Shown: positions 13,176 through 29,000 of the stretch, in pieces
Layout of the letters: every line of letters starts with the position of its first letter
How positions within the stretch are numbered: the first letter of the stretch is position 1
Source: Carcharhinus amblyrhynchos
Taxonomy: Eukaryota
Direction of reading: 5' to 3'
DNA: 64,000 nt
NCBI GenBank assembly: GCA_965287045.1
Contig: OZ336889.1
Location: 26,412,001-26,476,000, forward strand
Translations under genes and position numbers: made by a program
Notes under the pieces: generated by a model
Databases searched by the model: none
Told to the model about the DNA's origin: nothing
What the model saw: only the letters and a program-made list of their open reading frames with translations

Positions 13176-15595
13176 AACATATTAAATTTGCCATTTAAGT
13201 CAGAGGAAAGGAGCGGAGGATCTCTTCCAAAGCTAAGCAAGAGTGCACATAATTATAGGAGATTTCATATGAATACATTTAAATTTGAAGATCACCCATT
13301 CTGCCTCCCTTCTAAACAGAATTTCTTACTTATGAATACTAATAATGGAAAAACTTTTTTACTTTTTACAATGATGTGATGTCAGCTCTGCCGCAAGGAC
13401 ATAAAAGAACGTCAAACCAATGAACAAGCTAGCTACTTTTAAAAAAAACACTTTTCTTGACTGCTAGCCAAATGCCAGGCTAAACCACCAGATAAATACA
13501 GCGTCAATAGGCCCACAGTTAGTTTTCTTTCTACGCTACCCAAGGCACAAACATAAACACAGGCACATTAAGAGTTTAGAATAAGCCATGAAATACAAAT
13601 TAGAAGAGACATGGCAGATTTATTCCAAATTGGGATAATATAACAACATCCTTATCATAGCAGAGACAAGATACAAAACTATTAGAGAGAAAAAAGTTGC
13701 TTAAATCAGGAGGGATTATTTTAATTGATCAGTTTTGGTCTGTTTATATTGATAGCAGTACAGTTGCTAGAGCAATGTTTGTTTACAGTGGGATTTTCTT
13801 CAGCGTGTATAAAAGGGAAACAGCTGTTTGAGCTTAAATAAACATTCAGCGACTCTACCATTACCATACAAGGAGTTTGAAAAGATTTGATGAAAGTTGT
13901 ACCTGATGAGCATTCTCTTGGACTGCCGTCATCAGGAGTGTTGGTTGTGGCATTTACACAAAAGGGATCTGGACCAACAAAGGTTAATGGACAGAGCAGG
14001 AGGTGGAAAATGGAGGCCCACACAGATTGTTTCAAGTCAGATTCAGTAGAAGTGATCAGAATGTATGTTACATCTTATGTGACTAAATGCTTAAGGCAAC
14101 AGGGCAGGACGGAAGATTTTTTTTGAACTGAATAGGCCATTAACTACAAACATTGAATCGTACTTTTAAAGGAACAAAGCAAAACATTTGAATAGCATGA
14201 CTTGCAAATTTACAGATAATTCAAATTGGATTTGATTTGGGCAAGGCCTCTGCATTACAGGATAAACATATCCTGTATTATTCACGGAATCCAGGGCAAG
14301 CAGATTGAGTTTAGAGGGCTTGGCACCAAAGAAAGCCTATTAATGGCAGGATTTTGCTCACAAAAAGGAGTCACCAAGAAGACTAAGAAGCTGGATCCAG
14401 AAAAGTTCAGTGCAATTGTGATGACTCAAGGAGGCACAATGCACTGTTAAGGAAGCCAAGAAATTGGCAAGTTTAGGCAACTTTGATTTTTAGTAATGGG
14501 GAGGCAGGCATATAGAACATATGAGCATTAGGAGACTGTGGACAAAACTCAGGGCAGGGTTTTTTAAAAAATAGTGAAATTCACTTACTACCCAATCAAG
14601 GCAAGGAAACATTAGAGATTTGGAAGGGCGGTTGCGATTGACTAGTGGTCTTGCCAGGCCAAAACAATACTACCTAGAATTCCCTCACCAAAACTCTGCA
14701 CCTCTTGCTTCTCCTCATAGATGCTCTGTAAAAATGTACCTCTGTGTCTAATACTTTGGTCAGTTGTCCCAACATTCTACATGACTTGTTTGATTGCACT
14801 CCTATGAAACACCTTTGGACATTTCATTATGTTAAAGACATTATATAATTCCAAGCTTTTATATTTTACATTCCTTGTGTATTATCCACATGCAAAGATA
14901 AACAAGTGTGCTAGGCTGAAGTGCTGCTCATTTGTCTTTGTTATACTTGTACTGACATTGTGCTGGCAGAAATTTTAATCAAAATCAATCACTTGAGGGA
15001 CACGAAAACAACACATCAAAATGGAACATGGCTGATATAAATCTGCTTGGTTATTCAGCAAAGCTTTTGACATCTGAGCAGTGCCTCAAAACAGAAGCTG
15101 ATTTTAAATTATAAGCTCATCAGTCTTCATTCCATCCCCATACATCCATCACGCGAGGAAACATGAACGAGGGAAAATGGGGGAAATTTAGCAGCTTCAC
15201 TCTTTAAACAGCTGAAAGAAAATTCAATGCTTGCCAGCCGGGGGAGGCAGGGGAATAGAACAAACAAACATACAGTACACGGTTGCTGGACCAGGAGTCA
15301 AAAACTTCAGCTGTCAATGTGAAGCAAATATCTTGACCAGTGGTACCAGAAACCTGGGAAATAATGCAATGTCCACAGCCATCTCAAGGAAACATAACCA
15401 GTTTTTCACTTGGACAATTCCAAGAGAGTCAAACTCCAGAAAAAAGATGACGTGTAGCTCACTATCTAAAAGTGTAAGCTGGGAACAGAAATTTGGTTGT
15501 CTCCTTACGTCCATATTCTGAGTTTTTGTTATTCTGGTGTCCATCTTCTTTGCCTCCCCTCTACTGCTTTTTGTCCTGTTCTACTTGCCAATGAC

Positions 15596-16221
15596 NNNNN
15601 NNNNNNNNNNNNNNNNNNNNNNNNNNNNNNNNNNNNNNNNNNNNNNNNNNNNNNNNNNNNNNNNNNNNNNNNNNNNNNNNNNNNNNNNNNNNNNNNNNNN
15701 NNNNNNNNNNNNNNNNNNNNNNNNNNNNNNNNNNNNNNNNNNNNNNNNNNNNNNNNNNNNNNNNNNNNNNNNNNNNNNNNNNNNNNNNNNNNNNNNNNNN
15801 NNNNNNNNNNNNNNNNNNNNNNNNNNNNNNNNNNNNNNNNNNNNNNNNNNNNNNNNNNNNNNNNNNNNNNNNNNNNNNNNNNNNNNNNNNNNNNNNNNNN
15901 NNNNNNNNNNNNNNNNNNNNNNNNNNNNNNNNNNNNNNNNNNNNNNNNNNNNNNNNNNNNNNNNNNNNNNNNNNNNNNNNNNNNNNNNNNNNNNNNNNNN
16001 NNNNNNNNNNNNNNNNNNNNNNNNNNNNNNNNNNNNNNNNNNNNNNNNNNNNNNNNNNNNNNNNNNNNNNNNNNNNNNNNNNNNNNNNNNNNNNNNNNNN
16101 NNNNNNNNNNNNNNNNNNNNNNNNNNNNNNNNNNNNNNNNNNNNNNNNNNNNNNNNNNNNNNNNNNNNNNNNNNNNNNNNNNNNNNNNNNNNNNNNNNNN
16201 NNNNNNNNNNNNNNNNNNNNN
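15596..16221. other. Assembly gap (N run) inside ATP2A2 intron 5
   Basis: 626 Ns; right flank is a GGA-rich low-complexity tract. Confidence 0.99.
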
Positions 16222-17664
16222 GGGGGGAGGAGGAGGAGAGGGAGGATTTGATCCATTATTCACCTGAGCCTCCAATGCTAGCACCACCACTATGGGAAGC
16301 ATCAAGTAGTGAAGATGCTCTCAAGGAAAGAAAGATGAGACGACACAAAGACTTGAGTTAAAAAAATAGCCACTATGCTAAATAAGGTGATTTACAGTAA
16401 TTAGGAAATGCAGATTAGTCTCAATTCTCCTCAATCTAAATTGGGAACCCTTAAAAAGGAGAAGCTTATCAATATCACAATGAACTATTTTGCGAAGACA
16501 AATACTTAAATTTATATCTACTCTGAGCTTGATCACTTACAGTAAATGATAGTGCAATTTGAAATGTTACAATTCTTTTTTGATGATATTTTTGTTCTGC
16601 TGCATTACATTCACGACAGCATCACCGTCTGCTCCTTTCACCAGCAAGAGTTTAATTTCAATTTCTTCAAAATAACTCGTATGCAAAGTCATTCTTTCAT
16701 TTCTCATGTAGTTCAGGGATATTAACTCAGATTAAGTTTGGAAAATGTAAATATGGAGCACAGAAAAGAAAGCAGAGAGAATAAGACAAATGCAACAAAT
16801 TAGAGTAATTTAAAAAGTCAATTCCTGTTTTTGTGCTCTTGAATATCCTCCAAATCCCAAGCTTGGTTTCCTCATTCCCTCTTCCCTTCCCAATCACCAT
16901 CACATTTGAATCACTAACTACACATTCTCATCACATACACAATAAGAGGATACACTGAATATCAATAAGCTAAACGTCCTCTAACCAAGCAAAGCACTCA
17001 CACAGTTCTAACACAGCAAAGGATAAATGATGAAGGACAATTGAAAATGGAATCCCCAGTGGGGGAAAATTTCCATTAGGTGGAATTAAATATTCTCAAA
17101 ATCATCACAGCTTCCCTTCCCCACACTAGCCGATATTAAAAACACACACAGTTCAGCGTTTTGCAAGATCTATTGTAACTTTCCACCTCCCAAATTAACG
17201 GAATAAATGGCTTGTTCCACTTGCAATCAGCTCAGTGAAAAAGATTATAGCCCCAAGTTTTAAGGTGTTTATTCTTAGCATAAACCAATATTGATCAATT
17301 ATGTTCTCTTAGCCCTCAACCTTCAGTTTGACTTACTCATCCTAGGACACAGCCACAATGTCTTTTTCTAAGCAGTTTTGCCTATCAGTCATACTTTACA
17401 TTCACTGGTTAAAATACAGCAACAGCAAGCTAATCAATGAGCTGAATTATACAATACAGCTGCTAAACTATTTTGTAACCTGCACTAAAATTTTTGATCC
17501 AATTTTTAACAAATTTAAATGTTTGGTATTGTTAACCTATAGTCTATGTTACAAGCATACCAAACAACAGACACACCAGCCTGTCGATTTTCAGCAACAT
17601 TTTGCTCACATTCCAATTCCCAAATAATGATACAGCTAATCCAGCAGAAATCACATCAGTACTT

Positions 17665-18330
17665 AAAATGGGAACAAAGGATTAAGAGCAAACCATTCAG
17701 CCTCGTGCAGCCTTGTGAGCCTGCTCTGCCATTTAATTAGATAATACTGATCTGCAGCTCAACTCTATCTAGCATTGTTCCCTGTCCCTTAACACCCTTA
17801 CCTAACAGCAACCTATTCACCACTGTCTTAACATCAACAGACCCAGCCACCACAACTCCCCTGGAAATAAGTTGAAGATTTCCACTCTGCATGAAAACAC
17901 ATTTCCTGATTTCATTCTGTAACAGCCGTGCTTTATTGTAAAGATTGTTTCCCCCTTATTCTGGATCCCCCTGCTCTGTTAAATCCCTTTAACATTCTAA
18001 AGACTTGCTCAATCACATTTCAATCTTTAACATTGAAGGAGTATAAACCATGTTTATACATTCCCATCATAATTTAATCTTTTAAACACTAGTTTCATTA
18101 TGGTGAACTTCTGCTGTTTAAAGTCAATGTACCTTTCCATATATCCAGTCTTCATAATCAAGAATATCTTAAATGGATCTGACCAGGGCTCTGCATAATT
18201 GAATTATCACTTCCTCATTTCGTATTCCATTAGTTGTTATTTATGACTTCTATACCTGTCCACTGGCTTTCAGTAATGACACCCAAATCCTTTTTACTGT
18301 TCCACAGCTAAGAATGCTATCACTTAGGAA
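17665..18330 (-). mobile_element. Old CR1-type LINE 3' fragment
   Basis: Reverse-strand CR1 tail CCATTCAGCC...GAGCCTGCTCTGCCATTTAATTAGATAATACTGATCTG with heavily decayed body. Confidence 0.6.
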
Positions 18331-18439
18331 TCCATATTCAAAATAGCGTAAAGTGGAATATACAATGCCAATACACAGCATTCAACGTCAAACTCTTAGG
18401 TTTACAACGTGGAACTTCCATCACTCTTCAAATATATAA

Positions 18440-18880
18440 AGGGAATGCTGTAGCACACGCTGGTTAGACCACACTTAAGAGCAGAGCATAGTTGCCTGGA
18501 ACTCATTTCTAAAAACATTCCCCTTCTTGAGAAAATTCAACATCAGGCAGCTAGGTTTGTTACAAAAATAACTCAAGATTCCAGTGTCTCCCAGTTGGTC
18601 ACCCCACTAGGCTGACAGTCTCCAGAACCAAAGCCCACAGGTCTACATGCTTCAATAAATGTTGAATGACCAATTAAAAATTTAGTAGCATTTTCTGCAC
18701 TAAAGTGACTGAGCTTAAAGAGCTAACAACCAAGAGCATACAACCCAACGTGCTTCCTTCCCCAACTCTTCGTTCCAAGAACAAGAGACTGGAACAATCT
18801 TCTACAAACCTTAATCTCCATGCCTCCCAAAGATTCATTTAAAGGAAACTTTTTTTTAAAAACAAAATGTCTTCTGACTG
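18440..18880 (+). mobile_element. Ancient non-LTR retrotransposon RT C-terminal relic
   Basis: CTGGTTAGACCACACTTA (LVRPHL), AAAATTCAACATCAGGCAGCTAGGTTTGTT (KIQHQAARFV), and SF.PRT.DWN-like remnant. Confidence 0.55.
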
Positions 18881-19373
18881 CACTCTTGTTCACCGCACGT
18901 GGAAATCCTCAGGTGGATGACTACAGAAAGAGAACTTAGCAAGTACCATGCTTCCAGATCATTGCCAATTAGATGATATTTGGATTTTTAAAGAGGTGAT
19001 ATTCTTCTCCACACTTAACTCCATCAGTCACAATTTTGCCCATTTGCTCAAGACTAATCTCACCCTTTCCTGCTGTTATCTACACAACTTTCTGTTGCCT
19101 CCTATCTTAAGTTATGATACCAGTTGTATAAAATCAGATTGGCGCACAGCAAGACTGGAAACACTTAGACTTGCCCTGATTTAGGTATACAGCTGTAGAC
19201 ACAAAATCAAGACTTGTTAATATCCAAATGCTACAAGATTGATGATATTGATCTGCCTGTATAAACACATGCCAATGTTACAGATGTGGTTCAGAATACA
19301 CGAGTATCTAATGTATTTTATAAAGTTTTAAGCAAACCAAACACCAGCATTTGCATTAACGCACTGAACATCA

Positions 19374-19565
<192 letters not shown>

Positions 19566-20856
19566 TCAACAACTGATTTTCAGTACATGCTACATACCAA
19601 TTCTTCAAAACATAGTTCTTCCCTGCAGAAAGCAGCCAAAGAGATTTGGGGCCAATGTTTAGAGTCCTACAATGTGGAATGCTGCCAAAAGAAATAAACA
19701 CAGGAGCCCATTCCACAAAATGCATCATTGGCTGTGTCCATCATTGCCACTGAAAATGAAGAAGAATTTTTGAGAGTATGGGAATAGCCAAGAAGTACAA
19801 ATGACATCCTGTTGAACCTAAAAACAACATCTGGCAAAGGTTAACTTTCAATCAAAACAGGGCTCAAATATACGTTACTTCTCAGGACCACTGAAGCACT
19901 GGTACTTGCAGGAACAGATTATAAATATTCCTAATTTGTCAAAACAATATTAACTTTCATGACTTGATGCTATGTGCAAAACCATCTTCATGACATATGT
20001 TTAATTTCACTCTGACTGCACTGAAGTTGAAAAACTTTGTTTATTCTTAATACTTTATTCGATCAGTCTTCTGGACCAGACATTAAACAGACATGCCTTT
20101 TGCCCTTTGGAATAGCCAGAAAGAGGAGGAATTATCCCCATGTACTATATATTCCTCAAATTACACCTAACATTTACCCCTCTTATTAAATGCATTGCAA
20201 CATAGATCCTAGTTGCATTAGATTTTAAAAATTGATTGGATTGCCATGGTATTTCCAATTGCCAAACCATTTATTCCATTCACCTGACTACACCATGAAA
20301 CCTCTGGCATCATCAAATAATTAGAAATAAAGTTGAAGTGGTTGCCTTAGTAATTGCTTCATTGATACGGCACTGAGTCACTTACACCAGGACGGTTCCT
20401 TCTCTTCTAGTTCATTCTCAAATTGGGGGATGGAAGAAGTGGCAAGTGGCAATGGTTAGAGAGAAGCACTATAAAATGGCCTGAGCATGAAGACATGGGG
20501 AGAGCAGCTGAGGGGAAGAAAAAAGGCCAGTACCCATATGTAACAAGCAAGGTTTAAAAAAGTTGGCAAGACAGTTTACAACCACCAAGCCTTTGCTGTA
20601 AGCTAATTATGCAGAAGGGAAGTTTCCAAATGGCCTTTTATCTCTGTGAACAAGCAGATACTTGAAATGGTTTGCTGCATGCAAACCTTTTGGAAGTTAT
20701 GACGTTTCACAGTTCTGTCCGATCAACAACTCAGTAAGAGGCATTGAATGTGCCAAATTTCAGCTGAGGCAGAGTGGGGTAGAGGAAGAGAAAGAGAAAG
20801 GGGGGTGGGGGGCAGGGAAGGAAGAAAAGAAAGAGCAGGGTGGGGAGAGAAAGAAA

Positions 20857-20985
20857 GTAGGAAATCTCACAACACCAGGTTAAAGTCCAACAGGTTTATT
20901 TGGCAGCAAAAGCTTCTGGAGCGCTGCTTCATCATCAGGTAAGTGGGAGTTCTGTTCATAAACAGGACACATAAAGACACAAACG
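20857..20985 (-). mobile_element. Penelope-like element terminal fragment
   Basis: CTCACAACACCAGGTTAAAGTCCAACAGGTTTATTTGG...GCTTCATCATCAGGT, the reverse complement of the 10031 and 42790 motif. Confidence 0.7.
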
Positions 20986-20989
20986 CAAC

Positions 20990-21082
20990 TTACAAAAAGA
21001 GCGACAGACAGACAGGGCAGCGGCAGGGGGTGGAAGACAAAGACAGACAGGGTGGCGGGAGGAGGAAGACAAAGACAGAACC

Positions 21083-21117
<35 letters not shown>

Positions 21118-21230
21118 GAGGAAAAGAGGACACAAAAACCGACAGACAGGATGGGGTGGGGAAGAGACAGACACAGACACAGACACAGACAGGGCAGGGT
21201 GAACAGAAAGGAAGAAAGAAAGAAAGATAG
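20990..21230. repeat. Purine-rich low-complexity tract of GACA, GGA and GACACA repeats plus a poly-G run
   Basis: (GGA)n near 21092-21122, G run near 21083, and (GACACA)n near 21170. Confidence 0.9.
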
Positions 21231-23584
21231 GGCCACATGTATATAATGTGCTTTCAGCATTGCCTGACTAAACTGCCATAATAGAAAGAATTTAACTGTG
21301 AACCAGAATCAGAGCCAGTCAAGTTAATTGAAGCAACACTGAAATGTCTTATATATTCCAAATTCTTTCCCTTTAAAGACAATTAGATGCCTTTACAAAA
21401 GTATCCACAAACTGCCATGAATGAAAGTTTGCTAGTCAGAGCACGTCACCAATCCTTTTCCCTCATCAACCCTACCAATAAGGTCAGTCAAAAAAGAATA
21501 TCAGGACAACCTTGTTGTGGATACAAAAGCGACTCCTCAAACATGCACAATAAGGTGATGTGAACTGAACTAAAATGAATGATTCTTTAAAGTGAAAGAA
21601 CGGGTTCCCTTTTTCTGGCCCTTTATTCTGAATTGGAGATGCAACTGTTGGCACAGTATGTACGGTTAACCTGCCTTTCTTTCTACACCAGATACTAAGA
21701 GACTGTCAACGTTTTTAAATTCTGTAATATCCTACAGATACCTTAGTAGGCTTGGCAACATTATAATTTGGTATCTGGCTTTATCATACAGCACAAAGTA
21801 CATCTCAAATGTGCCTATGTAATTAGAATCATAGAAACCCTGGTGCAGGAGGCCCATCAAGCCTGCACTGACAACCAACCCACAGCTGGGAGTGGTCAGA
21901 CTCATTTTAAATTCACTGCAGCAAAATCAACAAACACCTGAAAGATTGCTACCTAAAAAATGATCACAAAATCGAAAGACTCAAGGGACAAACAACCTAT
22001 TTACTATAAATTCAGTAATAAAAATGGGTTACAGTGGTGCAACAGTTAAACACTTGCGTTTGCGTGCTCAATTTCCACATTTCACAATTAAGTAATCATT
22101 GTTAATGCAACAGCAAACCATGGCAACCAACTGAAAGCCACTTGAAGCAAATCTACATATTTTCTGGTCATCAAAATCATCTACTTAAATCTGAGTCAGA
22201 AGCCTGGTTTATGATAATTAGAACTATTCTCCCAGCTGACAGGATCACATGGCAAATCCTGTGAAAGAGGACCCTAATATAGTGTAGTGGCAAGCAACAG
22301 TGGCAATGCCAGAGACAAAATAAATTCGATAGATCGTTGCTCACACTAAACCTATCTTTGTCATTAATCTTTACAAGAAAAATAAAGCATTTCAAATACA
22401 AGTCATTTCCTTTTCTCAAAGCAAATCTGAGGGTTCAACGCTGAACCACGTATCCCCATTTTCTTAAATTTATTTGCACAAATGTTTTAAATCATAAGCA
22501 ATTTGAAAATTGCTTCTAGATTTTGCTAAAAGCTATTTGTTTTCAAATTAGTGCATCTCAGTTTGTTTCAGGACTGTGCCTTGCTGGTTCACCACTATTT
22601 AATACTCAAGTAATTCAATTTCTTCTTGCTAATCCTTTGAGGGAAAGATGACCATGCTCATCATCTGAGGTATTGGGTAGGGCTCCAGTGGATAATAAGG
22701 TAACTGCCAAGGCCAACCTGCGCTCAGAAGGTTCCACGACTTGGATCTTGAGCGGTGCGCTCTCATGGTGGTCAAAGGAAGTGCTAACAAGGAGGCGATA
22801 CTCAAGAGTTTTGATATTGCCTTGAATCTTGCAGGAAACTCAGCACAAACAAATAAAAACTGTGGCCCTCTTCTAAAGCAAGTGTAGACCAGAGGCAGAG
22901 ACAAAACGCAAGGAGAGGAAATCACGACCCAGCAGTGTCCTGTTATTTGCAGCAAATCCATCATTCCCTGCTTAACCTTCAAGGGCAAGTTTAAAATAAC
23001 TACGCAGAGATTTAATTGTTCCAATAAATTGGGACAACCAATAGGATAATATGGTGCAAGATCTCATGAAGTAAGAAGTTCCAGTATTAAGGCTGCCACT
23101 CAACTCATGTTTGCATTCTTCCGTAAACCTTTGTCAAAACTTATTTTTCTTCCAAAGTCTTTATATTCTCTTTTTCATCAATTTCCCTTAAAGAAAATCA
23201 TAATCTATGCCTCAATGTCCATTTGCGATAATATTCCATCCTCCAATAACCAATACGTAAATGGAAAACAAACCTCGTTATTGGATCCTTTCCTGAGGAA
23301 CATCACTACCTACATTCCAATCAATCCTAAAAATGTCTACGTTCCACCAAGCTTTGGCTAGTGCACCCCCCACATCCACAATATGCCTCAATTATGTCTC
23401 AATTATGATGTCTCAATTATGTTTTCAGAAAATGAAAAGTACAAAGATACCATTAAAAGTTAAACTTCAATCAAACATAATTGACCTTTCACAAATTCAC
23501 GCCAACTGTCTCTGTCTCCATAAATGTTTAACAATTTCAAGCTATGTCAGCAAGTTTATCAGCAATTGAGAAGGCAATAGACCC

Positions 23585-23925
23585 ACATGTCCGTGCTTGG
23601 CCTGCCACAATGCTCCAGTGAAGCCCAACACAAACTGGAGGAGCAGCACCTAATTTTTTTTTTTAATCCATTTGCTGTGCTGGCTGGCCAGCATTTATTG
23701 CTCATCCCTAGTTGCCCTTGAAAAGGTGGTGGTGAGCTGCCTTCTTGAATTGTTGCAGTCTGTGCGCTGTGGATTGACCCACAAGGCTGTTCAGGAGGGA
23801 ATTCCTGCAACTGCGAAGGAACAGCAATACATGCAATGGCTTGGCAGGAAATCTGTAATTGGCGTTTATCTTCCGATTAGGCATGATACAGCCCTCAAGA
23901 CTCAACATTGAGTTCATCAACTCTA
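23585..23925 (+). mobile_element. Penelope-like GIY-YIG C-terminal relic split by a minus-strand LINE tail at about 23655-23830
   Basis: EAQHKLEEQHLI at 23620-23655 resumes as FRLGMIQPSRLNIEF at about 23871-23915; insert carries GGCCAGCATTTATTGCTCATCCCTAGTTGCCCTTGA. Confidence 0.6.
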
Positions 23926-25354
23926 GGCCATGACAATTCTCCTCCACCATAAAACCTTTTTTTTCAAATATACATTTATTGCCTCAATGCAAAAATCCCT
24001 GCCTTCCTCATCTTCCCCCATTCCCTCCACCAGGCCTACTGTCTCTACAACTTCCTTGAGGTTGTTACATCTTGTTGCAACCTCTCCCAGCTACAGTTTA
24101 ATATCCAGCACATTTCCCAGTGTTCAGTTTTGAGACTTAGTAGGATTGAGGTTAAAGGTAAGCCTATAGGTAGAGATATGATCAGTGCGACTTGTGGGTC
24201 GAGGGGCCTGTTTGTGCTGTAGTTTTTCTATGTTCTATGATAAAGAGTCAGATTTAAAACGTTAACCGTTTTCTCTCCCTGCAGACGCTGCCAGGCCTGC
24301 TGAGTTTTTCCAGCATTGCCTGTCTTCATTTTAGATTCCACATCCATGGTAGTTTGCTCATCTTATTGGCCAATATCTTTTCATCTTATCCTTCTACTTA
24401 CGCAGATAGCTGAGCAAAGACCTAGGTTTGAATCAGTAATTTTCATTTCAAAGGATCACTGACCTCGAACAAACTTCAGGGTTGAACCTGGCAGAATGCA
24501 GGTGGGACGCTGGGTGACATACCTCATGGAACTGGTTTTGAACATCTTTAGTAGTTTGGACAGAAAATCTCTGATGCCTTACTTCTCTGAACATCTTTAC
24601 TGTTTCTTCTCCCCAACTAAGACTCTCAATTTAAAATGAGCTGCCAGCCATCCTTCATGAACTTGATGAATGCAGATTTTGGCTCAAAGTACAATAATGC
24701 AACTGCACCTCATTGCTGAAGAGACCTGGAACCAGTATCTTAGTAACACAGTACTGTGTGCCATGTTATTTTGCTTTCTCTACATAATGGGAACATAGGG
24801 ACAGAGCAGGCCATTCAGCCCCTCCAGTCTGCTTTGCCATTCAATTCAATCGTACTCAGCTCCATTTACCGGTCTTTGCTCCACATCGCTGGACACCAGC
24901 ATCAACAAAAACCTATCCATTTCAGTCTTCAAAATGGTAACTGTCACTACAGCGCACAGCCTTTACGGGGAAGAAAGACTGCTACTATTGTGAAAAGGTA
25001 CTTCCTGATTCGTTAACTATTTTTGATATAATTCTATGTAATGTCCTTCACCCCACCCTTCAAGTTAGAATTACTGCGAGGACCAAAATGTGCACAATTT
25101 TGGAATCCAGTTTATAAAGTTAACAAAATATTGTTAAAAGAATTATGAAAAAAAACCTGAAAGTGGAAAAAAGAAACAGGTTGTTTTCACACAGAGTGAT
25201 TCTTTGACCTCAAGGTAATAAGATCAATATTAACAATACTTCTGCTCCCAGGTTGTCCCTCCAAGGTGGCAATGCACATACCAATTTTAACAGGAAAAGG
25301 AGGGATGGGAAAGGTGGACCCACTCCGATTTCACACACATGCGTGCTCAAATAA

Positions 25355-26021
<667 letters not shown>

Positions 26022-29000
26022 TCATGTCAGTGCTTTTCTTACACAACTTGTCTTTTAAGCATCTTCAGACTGCATTGGTTTACCTTATCAAGCACTGCTA
26101 GGAGCACGTATTGATTTTTTAAATTATAAAGTGCCCTTTCTTCACTCTTGTTTACTGTGGTCAAATACACAAGTGAAAACTGCAGAACTCTAAACTCAAA
26201 GACTTGTAAATGAACTGTTAGAACTTTTGTAATTGTATTTTCTCAAATGCATTTCCCTTCATAAAAGAGCAGTTAATTAAAAATAATTTAAAAGGATGAA
26301 AGGGGAGCAGAGAATACATTTAATTTATAAAATGAGGTTTCTTTTGTGGCAAAACTGTCAATTCAGACAATCACAAATTGCAAGACATAAGCATAAAAAA
26401 AGCTTATAATTTGCAGTGTCTACTGAATGTGTGGAAAACAAAGTTAAAATGCAAACATCATAGGGCTTAAAAGCATCTCACTTGCGCATTATCAGAACAT
26501 CAACTCAATATGGTCATTTCAAAATTAAATACACTCTTAAAATAGAAAACTAATCAGTATTTCTTTGAATGTCATATAAGGAGTGCACAAATTTACTTTG
26601 GTTCCAAATTCTTCCAACAACAGAACCTTAAAGAAACATATTCTCTTGCGTGAAACAAATTTCAAGCCTTAATGGGAAAACGTTGTGGAGCAGTACGTGC
26701 ACTGCACTAATCAGTTATGTAGCAAACCAAAGGAGGAATACTTCAACTTGAAAATTATGCAGTTCTAATTATTTTGGTTAACTCTGGCACTGATTCAGGC
26801 AAATAAGTCCATGCTGGAGCATGTGGTACTTCCCTCCTTCCATATCCATTACTCCTCAACCATGTACAGAAAAGCAAGGTAAAAAAAAAAACTACCTTAT
26901 TCTGTACTCAGAAGACAGTGATATTGCAGTATGATAACAACATTACCTATTTTGGCCATTGTAATTGGAAGTCAATTGTGTCTGGTTCACTCGGATTTTG
27001 ATGCAGACCTTGAAGCCAGATTCCAGAATTTGCCAACCACCTGTACCATCTATTTTCCCTAAAAATGGGCACTTTTTCCAAAATAAAAAGTCATACCAAA
27101 TGTATATTAACAAACTCAAAAGCAAGAAGGATTACTGGCTTATTAAAAAAAATCACAATGGCAGGTGTGGTAACAACATATTAGAAGCTAATTGTTGCGT
27201 TTCTCTCAATCAAACATTGGAAAATGCCAAATATTATTAACATTACTTTCTCACAAAAGAAAGCAAATTGGCACACAAGCTAACATTGCCAAGCTTCAGA
27301 GAAGTTGCCTACAACTTTGCTGGTTAACGGCAATTTGTCAATCATGTAGATTATGAGAAATACAGGCATTAAATACCAGGCAAGACGACTGGGCAGGAAC
27401 CACTAGAATACACCACAGTGTGGTAAGGCACTGTTAAATGTATAATCATAGCTCAGTCATAACTGTATGGCATTAAACACATCTCACCAGCAAAAGGAAA
27501 AAAACTGGATGAATCACGCCACGAGTAGGTCACTTGCCAAGAAGTAGGTCATAACCAAACAAAAATCGGAAAGAAAGTGCAAGAGAAACCTGGACACATG
27601 ACAGGAATATATGGGTACATACATACATCGAGATCATAAATAAAATGAAAATGTGTAAGTCACTACTGCAGCTCTGAGCATATCAATTAAAGATTCATAG
27701 GGTACCTCAAGAGTTCAATCTAAATGAAAATGGACCATATAATTTATGCCCACTGCCTTTTGCAATAGGCCTGTTTAGAAATTCCTTACGCTTCATATTT
27801 TCTACATTCTCTATTAGGGCTCAATCTCAGTTCCCATAGCAGAGCTTAGAGATCATTTTAAAACTTACACAAAAAGGCCGGAACTAGACACACCTAGGTT
27901 GACCACACTTTCAGCTCCAACTTTTATCATTTTACGTCAGTTTACTTCAGTCCTCAAAACAAAAGCCTATTTTGGATGTTTTTTCCTGGCAATACACCGA
28001 GGGAACTCGGTCATGAGCACACTCTTCATAAACAAACATTTCATTTTGTTATACAGGGAGAATTGTGTCCAAACTAACTGCTTTTTTTTCCACTGAACAT
28101 AGATACACAAATCTCACACACACACACCACCCCCCAGAAGATGAATGCATTTCAGATCTGCTTACTGCTAATCCAACTTCAGTGTTGCTTCCAATGTCTT
28201 GGCTGTTAATCTTTATTTAACTCCTGTTTTAGCCATTCCAAACCGACAGATTTTCATTTCCAATCCAACTTCTAACTCTATATAGAATCTGGGAGCACAT
28301 GGTATGAAATAGTTTATTTCTTAACTTTGTTTAACTTTGGGGGCAAAAGAGAACAAGTGTTGCCAAGTTGCTTCACATTGTTCCATTCAAAATGTTTTTA
28401 TTCAGTGCCATACTCATTGTTGATTCAACATTGTTTCATTTGATATGTTATTTCTGAATAGCAGCTGCACCAACTCATTAACTTTTCCCTTTAGTTTACT
28501 TCCGTAAAGGTAACAAGCCAAAACATTAGATTATAAACAATGTGAAAGCAGAACTCCGTTAACTGTTTTAATCCCTTTGGTTACTCAAGCACACTTGTTG
28601 ACAGTATTTATTCTCCTTAGGTATATGTTTGATGCACAAACACTACAGATGCATGCAATCCCCTGAGGTACATGTTTTAACGATAATTATGTCAGATTTG
28701 AAAGCAATCTTACACTATAAAGAGTGCCATTAAATTAATCCCATATGGGCTTCGTCACTCAAGGAACTACTGACATATTCCAGCTTAACACCTGAATGTG
28801 TGGAACTGTTGTTGCTGCTTCAGTTACATTTGCCTTTTCCACCAGGTTGAAAAGTACATTAAGGAATTCTCAGGCAGCAAACATCACAACTTATCAAGCA
28901 CCTTACATCTGAAAAAGTAAAAACTATCCAATAGTTCCCTGAGCAGGTGGCCCGTTATTTGACAAAATTTTACATTGTCACAAATTTCAAAGAAGCACCA

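Noticed and set aside
15497-16361. Four long ORFs of 231-274 aa
   Set aside because: They are artefacts of translating through the N gap, and the flanking peptides have no recognisable homology.
20880-21260. Poly-G/P/S/E/L ORFs on both strands
   Set aside because: They arise from a GGA/GACA low-complexity tract with no splice or homology support.
23385-23422. Short tandem duplications such as CTCAATTATG x3 (others near 11315, 33178, 43590 and 49980)
   Set aside because: Ordinary slippage-type micro-duplications with no individual significance.
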